Shown in pieces: positions 36,998 to 45,218 of a stretch of DNA of 64,000 nt (the stretch's first letter is position 1; the number at the start of each line of letters is the position of its first letter). Where the stretch lies: positions 1 through 64,000 of the IMG/VR virus record IMGVR_UViG_3300020180_000015; one strand, written 5' to 3'. The notes below the pieces were generated by a model. That model saw only the letters and a program-made list of their open reading frames with translations. It had not been told where the DNA came from and ran no database searches. Source of the stretch: a virus. Made by a program: the position numbers and the translations under genes.

Positions 36998-38293
36998 ATG
37001 TCAGACGATCCACGCATCAAACATTCAAAGCTGAAGGACTTCACCCAAGACCTTGAAAACGCGAATTTAGGCAGCGAACGCGGACAGCAAATGATCGAGG
37101 ACTCCTTCCGAGAGTTAGGCGCGGCGCGTTCGATGGTCGCGGATAAGAACCGCACACTGATCGCCGGAAACAAGTCCGCCGAGGCAGCCATCGCCGCTGG
37201 ACTTGAGGACGTGATCGAAGTTCACACGACGGGTAAAGAGGTGGTGATCGTCGTGCGTGACGACGTTGACTTGCTCGATGAAAGCGACTCGAAGGGTCGC
37301 CAGATCGCGTATCGAGATAATCGCTCCGCACAGGTATCCATGACGTGGGACGCAGCGCGGTTGCTCGTCGACATGAAAACCCGTCCGGAAATCCTAGCAA
37401 AGATATTCACAGCCGATGAATTAAAGGTGTTGATCGCTCCGGCACTCGAAGCTGGCACAGGGGATGTGCCGGATGCCAAACTGGATCAGATCGAAGAAAT
37501 TCATAAGAAGTGGGGCGCGAAAGAAGGCGACCTATGGCTCATCGAGTCAAAGTCGGGTTTCGGCGATCACCGGGTATTTTGCGGCGACTCGACCAAAGAT
37601 GAGGATGTGCGCCTCGCCATCGGCGCACTGCATCCGAATCTGTGCATGACCGACCCGCCGTATGGAGTTGATTACGATCCGGCATGGCGCGAGGATATGG
37701 ACATCGCACGCGGCGGCACGGGCGGCAACCACGCGATTGGCAAAGTACAGAACGACGATATTGTCGACTGGAGCGCCGCGTATCGCCTGTTCCCCGGCAA
37801 CGTGCTGTATGTGTGGCACGCCGGAGTATTCGCGCCGGAGGTCGGTATTAGCATCAAGGCGAGTGGATTTGATATTCGCGGTCAGATCATCTGGCGGAAA
37901 CAAGCGCCTGTGATGAGCCGGGGCGCGTACCACTGGCAACATGAGCCAGCATTCTACTCAGTCCGGCATGGGCAGACGGCGAACTGGAAAGGGGATCGCA
38001 AACAATCCACGATCTGGGACATCGCCAACATGAGCGCCGTGCAGGGCAGCGCCGAAGATAAACCGACGGGGCATTCTACCCAAAAACCCGCATCTGTTTT
38101 TACCCGATGCTTCCTGAACCACTCCCTTGCATCAGATGCAATCTACGATCCGTTTCTCGGATCGGGGACGGCGATTGCTGCGGCTGAGTCGTTGAGCCGC
38201 ATCGGGTGCGGGTTGGAGATCGATCCTCGCTATGTTTCGTTGGTCATGGAACGACTGTCGGATATGGGATTATCACCGAGGAGAGGCGAATGA
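36998..38293 (+). CDS. ParB-like N-terminal domain fused to amino DNA methyltransferase
   Basis: DLENAN...LIAGN N-domain; TDPPYGV, HSTQKP, DPFLGSGT; directly upstream of terminase genes. Confidence 0.88.
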   Translation: MSDDPRIKHSKLKDFTQDLENANLGSERGQQMIEDSFRELGAARSMVADKNRTLIAGNKSAEAAIAAGLEDVIEVHTTGKEVVIVVRDDVDLLDESDSKGRQIAYRDNRSAQVSMTWDAARLLVDMKTRPEILAKIFTADELKVLIAPALEAGTGDVPDAKLDQIEEIHKKWGAKEGDLWLIESKSGFGDHRVFCGDSTKDEDVRLAIGALHPNLCMTDPPYGVDYDPAWREDMDIARGGTGGNHAIGKVQNDDIVDWSAAYRLFPGNVLYVWHAGVFAPEVGISIKASGFDIRGQIIWRKQAPVMSRGAYHWQHEPAFYSVRHGQTANWKGDRKQSTIWDIANMSAVQGSAEDKPTGHSTQKPASVFTRCFLNHSLASDAIYDPFLGSGTAIAAAESLSRIGCGLEIDPRYVSLVMERLSDMGLSPRRGE

Positions 38294-38333
38294 ATAGCCT
38301 CATGAAATTAACGTCACCTTATGGATAATCGCC

Positions 38334-38981
38334 ATGCGCTGTGCAGCGAAGTCTAAGCAATCCGGCGAGCAATGTAAGCGCCACGCTACGCCGGGTAGAA
38401 ACGTTTGCGTGATCCACGGCGGCAAGTCCCTCGCGGGACCGTTGTCGGCAACGTATATCCACGGGCGCTATTCTAAGTACCTGCCACACGGACTCGCGGC
38501 GAAGTACGAAGAAGCCATAACCGATCCTGACTTACTGAACCTCTCCGGCGAGATCGCGCTCGTGGATGCGCGGGCGATGGAGTTGCTCTCTGCGGTGAAT
38601 TCCGGCGACGCCCCGGCGCTGTGGGGCAAGTTACAAAAGGCATCGGGGGAACTCACAGCCGCGCAACAGACGGGGGATGCGTTCAAACTAGCGATTGCGC
38701 TGAACGACATGCTCGACCTGATCCATCGGGGATCGGCGGAAGCGGCGCGTTGGCAGGAAATCTATAACCTATTTGAACGCCGCCGTAAGCTGGTGGACTC
38801 CGAGCGCCGCCGACGTGAAGCGATGCAAAACTCAGTGAACGCCGAAGGAATGATGCTGCTTATTGCCGCAATAGCCGACTTGGTGAATCAGAATGTTACC
38901 GATCCTAAAGCCCGAACCGCCATTAGCGGAGGACTTGCTAACCTTATCTCTGCGCGAACTTCAACGACTCATCGATCCTGA
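38334..38981 (+). CDS. terS: Terminase small subunit (HGGxSTG-type N-domain)
   Basis: RCAAKSKQSGEQC...CVIHGGKS; precedes TerL. Confidence 0.7.
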   Translation: MRCAAKSKQSGEQCKRHATPGRNVCVIHGGKSLAGPLSATYIHGRYSKYLPHGLAAKYEEAITDPDLLNLSGEIALVDARAMELLSAVNSGDAPALWGKLQKASGELTAAQQTGDAFKLAIALNDMLDLIHRGSAEAARWQEIYNLFERRRKLVDSERRRREAMQNSVNAEGMMLLIAAIADLVNQNVTDPKARTAISGGLANLISARTSTTHRS

Positions 38982-40407
38982 TGCCGAGCAGCCGGCAGCG
39001 CCGCTATGGACGCCGTTGCCGGGTCCGCAAACGGATGCATACAATTCCCTTGCCGATGAGTTGTTCTACGGCGGCGCGGCGGGCGGCGGTAAAAGTTGGC
39101 TCGTGTTGGGGTTGGCGCTCACGGCGCATCGCCGCTCGATCATCTTCCGCCGCGAACACACGCAGTTAAGGCAATTGATCGACGACTCCCGCAAACTGCT
39201 TACAGGCAGGGGAGCGCGGTACAACGGACAGGATCACGTTTGGCGCGGCATCCCCGGTGCGCGGATATTGGAGTTCGGCGGTGTGCCACACGAAACAAAC
39301 GTGGAGCGGTATCAGGGTCGCGGTCACGACTTCAAAGCATTTGATGAAATCCCAACGTTCACCGGGCGTCAGTTCCGATTCCTGAAAGGGTGGATGCGTA
39401 CCGATATGCCGGGACAGCGAACGCGCACGGTATGCACTGGCAACCCGCCGACTGATCCAGAGGGGGAGTGGGTCGTCAAGTATTGGGCACCGTGGCTCGA
39501 TGCCGATCACCCTGACTACCCCGAAATCCCCGGCAAGCTGCGCTGGTTTGCCGTCATCGGCGAGAGCGACGTTGAGGTAGAGTCAGGGTCGCCGTTCATG
39601 CACGACGGCGAAGAAATCCAACCCCAATCGCGTACTTTTATCCCTGCACGCATTGAGGACAATCCGATCTACATGCAGACGGGGTATAAGTCTGTGCTGC
39701 AGTCCCTGCCCGAACCACTCCGCAGCAAGTTCCTATTCGGCGACTTCTCGGCTGCCGCAAATGATAACCCTTGGCAGGTGATCCCGACTGAATGGATACG
39801 GGCTGCACAAAGGCGATGGGACGGGATGGAGAAGCCCGAACTAGAACTGCGCTGCCTGAGTGCCGATGTCGCACGGGGCGGCGATGACAGCACGGTGATC
39901 GCACGGATGTTTGGGAACTGGATCGCGCCGTTGGAGAAGTTTCCCGGCAAGGACACGCCGGATGGGATCGCGGTCGCTGACTTGATCGGCAGCCGCTTGA
40001 GCGGCGATGCGGTCGCATTTATCGACGTGATCGCCGTTGGTACATCGCCGTATGACATTCTACGGATGCGTAAGAAGCGCGTCTACGGTGTGAACTTCAG
40101 TACCGCGTCAACAGTGAAGGATAAAACGAGGACGCTTGAATTTAGCAACCTACGCGCCGAAGTGTACTGGCGTGCGCGGGAAATGCTCGACCCCGCAAGT
40201 GAGTGGCAGATCGCGCTGCCGCCGGATCGTGAACTGCTGGTCGATCTCGCCGCACCGCGCTATTCGGCGGACGGACGCAAGGTGAAGATTGAACTGAAGG
40301 ACGAGATCAAGAAGCGTATCGGCAGATCACCAGACAAGGGCGACGCTGTTGTTATGCTGCTGTGGGGGGCGTATATGGGCGCAGGGCGTTCGGTCAGGAT
40401 GGTGTAA
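38893..40407 (+). CDS. terL: Terminase large subunit
   Basis: YGGAAGGGKS, AFDEI, TGNPP, nuclease DVARGGDDSTV and SPDKGDA. Confidence 0.93.
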   Translation: MLPILKPEPPLAEDLLTLSLRELQRLIDPDAEQPAAPLWTPLPGPQTDAYNSLADELFYGGAAGGGKSWLVLGLALTAHRRSIIFRREHTQLRQLIDDSRKLLTGRGARYNGQDHVWRGIPGARILEFGGVPHETNVERYQGRGHDFKAFDEIPTFTGRQFRFLKGWMRTDMPGQRTRTVCTGNPPTDPEGEWVVKYWAPWLDADHPDYPEIPGKLRWFAVIGESDVEVESGSPFMHDGEEIQPQSRTFIPARIEDNPIYMQTGYKSVLQSLPEPLRSKFLFGDFSAAANDNPWQVIPTEWIRAAQRRWDGMEKPELELRCLSADVARGGDDSTVIARMFGNWIAPLEKFPGKDTPDGIAVADLIGSRLSGDAVAFIDVIAVGTSPYDILRMRKKRVYGVNFSTASTVKDKTRTLEFSNLRAEVYWRAREMLDPASEWQIALPPDRELLVDLAAPRYSADGRKVKIELKDEIKKRIGRSPDKGDAVVMLLWGAYMGAGRSVRMV

Positions 40408-40462
40408 CCAAAAACCCGCCGTGCGGCGGGTGTGGGCGAACGTGGGGCGGCAGCGTCGGCGG

Positions 40463-40894
40463 CTAGTGTCCGGCGCAGATGTCGACGCGCCACACACTAC
40501 CGGCAATTTGCCAGTCGATGTATCCGTCCCGTTCAAGCCGCCAGAGCGCCCACTCGCGTTCTTTCCGATCCCGTTCTGTTGCCAAGTGATGCGATTCCGG
40601 GTAAACGTTCAGTGGCATGCCCCATTGCGGCGCATTGTTGATACTGTATCCGGAATGCGTCGCCAGTGCAGGACGCAGTATTTCAAACAAAACATCTGTC
40701 GGTAAATCGTAAACCGCAGTAAATTCCCGGCGATATTCATACTTCCCATCAATGCGCGTCAGTATCCCGCACTCGACTGCACGTTTACGGTCTGCTTTCG
40801 ATAACCGCCGCATGTCGAATGAAACGTTGTCGCGCCAAGCAGAGATCAGATTAACAAGTGTGGTGCTCTTTAGCGGTGTGGTGACTTCAGGCAC
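40463..40894 (-). CDS. Antisense-oriented moron, hypothetical protein
   Basis: Own promoter TTGACT-N17-TATCAT (40932-40960) with operator; hairpin terminator at 40411-40431. Confidence 0.6.
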   Translation of the reverse strand: MPEVTTPLKSTTLVNLISAWRDNVSFDMRRLSKADRKRAVECGILTRIDGKYEYRREFTAVYDLPTDVLFEILRPALATHSGYSINNAPQWGMPLNVYPESHHLATERDRKEREWALWRLERDGYIDWQIAGSVWRVDICAGH

Positions 40895-41038
40895 GGCGGC
40901 TTACCCCATTTATAATCTTTCACGTAAAGAAATGATAACTCTTGTTCGGTGTGAAGTCAAGCGGCAAACGAGCGTGTCTTGTTCAAACCAAAAGCCTCCG
41001 CTTATCCTATAGGGCAACAAAACAAGGAGATCAATCTG

Positions 41039-41566
41039 GTGACCGATGCAGCAGGGTTATTCCACATTCAGGACTTATGGCAGGAAATACTCCGGGATGC
41101 GATGCCGGATGAGCGCCGGGCGCGTGTTCACGTCGTCGGCACTGACGGAGACGTGATCAAGGCAACTGTGACCCTTCGCACCGGGCGGGTGAGTATCGGA
41201 TTTGCAGTGCCGACAGAAAGTGCCGGCGATCCGACGACGGTTGTAGTGCTGTTTAACCGAGCCGTTGCCGATGCGGGGTACGCCGGGAATATCAACGTGC
41301 GCGTGCCGCCCGTTTCGCAACTAGAGGAGTCGCCGGCGTTGACCGACGACCAGCGGCAGCAGATCGCAGCAACGCTCGGATTGCCGCCGCTTCATATCGC
41401 CGCCAGTGGCACTGTCACTGGTACTATGTTTGGCGTAGCCTACCCGTTGCCGATTGCGAATGGGGCGGTTGCTACGGCGATCTTCGAGATTGGTGACACA
41501 GACGTTAGCTCGACGCCCGATCCGGCAGTTAATCCACCCGTTGCCAAGCGGACGCCGAAGAAATAG
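41039..41566 (+). CDS. Hypothetical (head-region) protein
   Basis: AAGGAG RBS before GTG 41039; CGTGYC promoter 40973-41008. Confidence 0.65.
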   Translation: MTDAAGLFHIQDLWQEILRDAMPDERRARVHVVGTDGDVIKATVTLRTGRVSIGFAVPTESAGDPTTVVVLFNRAVADAGYAGNINVRVPPVSQLEESPALTDDQRQQIAATLGLPPLHIAASGTVTGTMFGVAYPLPIANGAVATAIFEIGDTDVSSTPDPAVNPPVAKRTPKK

Positions 41567-41569
41567 CGA

Positions 41570-41616
41570 CACTCTACAGCGGCTAAAGGCGGGGGTATCC
41601 CGCGCCGACTTGATGA
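41570..41616. mobile_element. Possible IS200/IS605-like end relic
   Basis: GGCTAAAGGCGGGGGTATCCCGCGCCGACTTGATGA resembles IS200/IS605 terminal hairpin sequences; 25 bp shared with 8387-8411. Confidence 0.3.
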
Positions 41617-41714
41617 TTTATGCACACCACTCGTTCTCGACGGTTGCAAAGTCGCTCTCTTGGTTAGGGCTATTCGTCGCTTGTTAGAACAGCGTTTCGG
41701 CGTATAATCTTGAT

Positions 41715-41913
41715 CATACGGTACTCGCCCGACTTCGCGGGTATCGTTGGCGGCAGCGCACAGATAGCCCTACCGTGATGCCGTGTCGGGCAGTTGGACT
41801 TGCCGCAGTTTATGTCTGCTGCGCCCGGTTTGATAAAGACAATAGCCCCGTGCGAGCGAGCGCTCCCCCGGTTTCACTACGGGATAGCACTCTGCTTGTC
41901 GGGGTTTTTATTT
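41715..41913 (+). ncRNA. Candidate structured non-coding RNA (~200 nt)
   Basis: Promoter TTGTTA-N16-TATAAT (41681-41708), 5' stem-loop, possible pseudoknot, long 3' hairpin plus T-tract, no credible ORF. Confidence 0.45.
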
Positions 41914-41985
41914 ACCGATGACTTGCTATTCATATTCTTTCACGTTAAAATTATGGGTATCGAATTAAGTAGGACAGGGGTTGAA

Positions 41986-42876
41986 ATGGCGAACAAATCG
42001 GCGGCACTCGCTGCGGCGATCAATGGGAAATTAGCGGCGTGGCGTTTGAACGCACCAGCGAAAGCGGACGCGGTCAAGTCGCTCGACGGATGGATACGGG
42101 ACGCCGGGATTATCGGCGATGCTGCTGCAGTGGAGTATTTGAGGCAAGCCGTCGCAGCCGCCGAGAAGGTCGGCGCGGTGAAATCAGCATCGCCTTGGGG
42201 TAAAGTGATTAAGAGCGCCGCCGCCGCCGTGAAAGTACTCAAGGGCGCGACTGTGAAAGCTGACGCGGTTACCGAGGGTCGTCGCATTGTGGGGCGGTTC
42301 CTAGCACGAAATCGCGGCACGGTACAGACGCCGGGCGACGTTGACGATCTGGTATCCAACATGCGCCGCTTGTTCGGCGGGACGCCGACGATGGTCGCAT
42401 TGGGGCAGCCGCTTCAGTATCTGGATACGGTTGGCGACGATGCCGCCGCAATCCCATATGTAGAGCGGGTACTACGCATTCTTAACCGTCTAGCGGTGAA
42501 AGCTGCGAAGGCTGAACCGACTGATGTTGACTTCTTGGTGATGTACGTGTCCAATGCGTCGGGGCAACGCCGCCAGTTAGTCGAGATAGTCAATGAAGGT
42601 GCGGAGGAGGGTGATATTCCTAAGCTACAAAGGATCGCCGACAGGGTTACGCAGAGCGCAGGGAAATTGCAGGGCGATGCTCGTGTGCAATCCGAGGGCA
42701 TGGTACAGCAGATCAATGCGGCGATCACGCTTCTTCAGCGAGGGGATAAACGCAGCGCGGAACTGCCGCTCGTGAGCGCCGAGACGTATGCCAATCGAAT
42801 GCTTCTCGCGCTTGAACGACAGTTGACCGTAGCGAAGCTTGAGGCAGTGTTACGGCGAAATCCAAGTCGCCGTTAG
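41986..42876 (+). CDS. Head-region helical polyprotein with repeated xVK|A/S motifs
   Basis: DAVKS, GAVKS, VIKS, TVKA, AVKA; own operator-class promoter 41923-41951. Confidence 0.7.
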   Translation: MANKSAALAAAINGKLAAWRLNAPAKADAVKSLDGWIRDAGIIGDAAAVEYLRQAVAAAEKVGAVKSASPWGKVIKSAAAAVKVLKGATVKADAVTEGRRIVGRFLARNRGTVQTPGDVDDLVSNMRRLFGGTPTMVALGQPLQYLDTVGDDAAAIPYVERVLRILNRLAVKAAKAEPTDVDFLVMYVSNASGQRRQLVEIVNEGAEEGDIPKLQRIADRVTQSAGKLQGDARVQSEGMVQQINAAITLLQRGDKRSAELPLVSAETYANRMLLALERQLTVAKLEAVLRRNPSRR

Positions 42877-42962
42877 GCGAAAGCTAGTCGATCAATCCGA
42901 TTCGGTGCGATTGCGATCATGACGACCATCGCTGCCGAGTTAAAAAAATAAGGGAGTCAGCG

Positions 42963-45218
42963 ATGCCATATATGGCAATTGAACGAGACGGTAAATTTAT
43001 GGTGTATGTGAGGGGCGCCGACAACAAACCCAAAGGGCGATCTCGCGGCACTTACACAGGCGATGATGCAAAGGATCAGGCGGCGGAGCAGTTAGATAAC
43101 CTACGGACTGTCGAACGCGGCGAACAGCAAAACCGCCGTCGCTACAATGGGCTTGATCTAGCTCCGCCTTCCGGCGTCCGTGCTGCGTGTCAGCGAGGAT
43201 TAGATCAAGAAGGCGGCACGGCGCTTCAGCGGCAAGCTGCCGAACTGATCACGTCCGGTTCGCAGTTATCCGTTCTCGCGATTCGCACTGTTGCGCGGCA
43301 GTTTAATAAGTCGCGCAAGTCGGGTGACGACCAACAGCATCTGCTGCGCGGCGGCGATGCTGGCGCGGTGTGGTTCAAGACCATGGCGGCGGCACTCGAT
43401 AATATGGACAGCGGCGTGAAGTCGGCAAAAGAAGTTGGTGAAGGCACGGAACGACGCCGTGAACGCGATGGGCCGTCCGGCATGGGCTTCGGCAGCGGCG
43501 GCGACTTTCGTCCGATTGATTATGACGCCTTGTCTCGTGAGTCATCGCGCCTGCAAAGGATGATGACAAGCGGTGATCTCGGACTCCCTGCGGCGTTGGG
43601 CGCGTTTGAACGAACCGTGCGCGAGGCGGCGAGTTTTGCAGGGGGTAGCAAACGACAGGCACTGTCCCGCGCCGCTGATGACATCGAGAAAGGCATTCCC
43701 CTGTTCAAGTCGCCGATGCCGTCCGATGATAACTCATCAGCAATGTCGCCGCACGAACGCGGCATCGCAATGTTGAAGAATGCATTCGTGGCAATACGAA
43801 TCGTGGCGAGTGCAAAGGCGATCACGGCATCCAACGCAAGCGGCGCGGGGTTTAGCATACCGCCGGATGACGACGGACTAGGAGCGACGGTGAGTATGCG
43901 TAAGGGCATGGAGGTTTACGTGAAGTCCACTGGCGAGATCGGCACGGTGCGCGGCGTGAAGCGAGTCGGCGACGGCGTGCGTTACAAGGTCGAGACGCCG
44001 AGCGGGTTTACGATCTGCAGCCGCAAGGGGATTATGTCGGCACGGGCGAAGGCGATCAAAGAAGCTGCCGTTGCATGTGACACGATCCAGAAGGCAGCGG
44101 ACGCTGAAACAGTCGATGCCGAAACAGTGAAAGCGGCGCTCAAGGCACTGGCGACCAGTTGGAAGATCGCCGATATGTCGACCCGCGAGAAGATGCAAAC
44201 ATCCTATGATGCGCTGATCGCCGCCCGTGCGATCCTGACGGCGTCGCCGGATGAATCAGACTTGGCGAAAAAGTATCTGGCGATGGCGAAAGCAGGACTC
44301 GATCCTATTGCCGAAGAAGGTGTGAAGGCATCTTACGACAATGGGGTGAAGCGGGCTGTCCAACTCCTGCAGATGGTTCGGGCGAGTTTGTCAGTCGATT
44401 CTCAACCGCAGCGATTGGGGAACGTGCGACTTTTAAACAAAGTCGACGGACTCCTTTCCCGATTGCTCACGACGGCATCGCCGAACGGACAGCGCGTGTT
44501 TCGCGGCATCCAAGAAACGCTGTCGCGGTTCACGGATAACGAGGAGTCGTGGTACCCGGCACAGACGCCGATCAGCGAGTGGGAGCAGGGGATCAGTGAT
44601 GCTTTGCGGCAGATGATAGCATTTGCCGGGGGGAGGGGCATTAAGGCGGAAGGTGAAGTCGAAAAGATGCGCGAAGTATTGATCAGCGCGTACAACGACA
44701 GGATCATCACCGGAGATGAAAGTAAACAGCTTGATCAACTGCGTCACCAGACGAAAAACCCGATCGGCGACCTCGATTACTTTGATTATTCGATCAACGC
44801 ATACGGCACGAAACCTGAATATCTCGCCAAACGTAAAAAGGTACTGCAGCGACTCAACAGCATTATTCGGAAGCGCAATCGCCTAGTCGACGAGATCAAT
44901 CAGCGGGCGGCAAAACCTCAGACAAAGAATACGGCGGAAGCGGCGCTGAAGGCACTGCAGGACGTGGTCGGCGAGATCACGACCGCTGGAGCATCAACCG
45001 ATGACCAGCAGGAGCGAATGCTTGAAGCCGTCGATACGTTACATCTGTACGCCGCCGCCGCCGGAGAAAAGGCGATCAAGAGCCTTGAGCCACTCGAAGA
45101 GGCGTTATACGCAGAACCTGACGACGGACTGAGCGAGTGGCAGCAGCGGGTTGTCAGCATGATCGAAGATTACCAAGCGAAGATCGCCAGTGAACCAGAA
45201 CCAGAAGCGGTGACCTAA
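42963..45218 (+). CDS. Multidomain head-associated polyprotein
   Basis: N-terminal MPY..ER and PPSGV...GGDAG..W modules typical of phage head proteins; GVKS, GVKA, GIKA, ALKA, AIKS motifs; abuts portal. Confidence 0.75.
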   Translation: MPYMAIERDGKFMVYVRGADNKPKGRSRGTYTGDDAKDQAAEQLDNLRTVERGEQQNRRRYNGLDLAPPSGVRAACQRGLDQEGGTALQRQAAELITSGSQLSVLAIRTVARQFNKSRKSGDDQQHLLRGGDAGAVWFKTMAAALDNMDSGVKSAKEVGEGTERRRERDGPSGMGFGSGGDFRPIDYDALSRESSRLQRMMTSGDLGLPAALGAFERTVREAASFAGGSKRQALSRAADDIEKGIPLFKSPMPSDDNSSAMSPHERGIAMLKNAFVAIRIVASAKAITASNASGAGFSIPPDDDGLGATVSMRKGMEVYVKSTGEIGTVRGVKRVGDGVRYKVETPSGFTICSRKGIMSARAKAIKEAAVACDTIQKAADAETVDAETVKAALKALATSWKIADMSTREKMQTSYDALIAARAILTASPDESDLAKKYLAMAKAGLDPIAEEGVKASYDNGVKRAVQLLQMVRASLSVDSQPQRLGNVRLLNKVDGLLSRLLTTASPNGQRVFRGIQETLSRFTDNEESWYPAQTPISEWEQGISDALRQMIAFAGGRGIKAEGEVEKMREVLISAYNDRIITGDESKQLDQLRHQTKNPIGDLDYFDYSINAYGTKPEYLAKRKKVLQRLNSIIRKRNRLVDEINQRAAKPQTKNTAEAALKALQDVVGEITTAGASTDDQQERMLEAVDTLHLYAAAAGEKAIKSLEPLEEALYAEPDDGLSEWQQRVVSMIEDYQAKIASEPEPEAVT

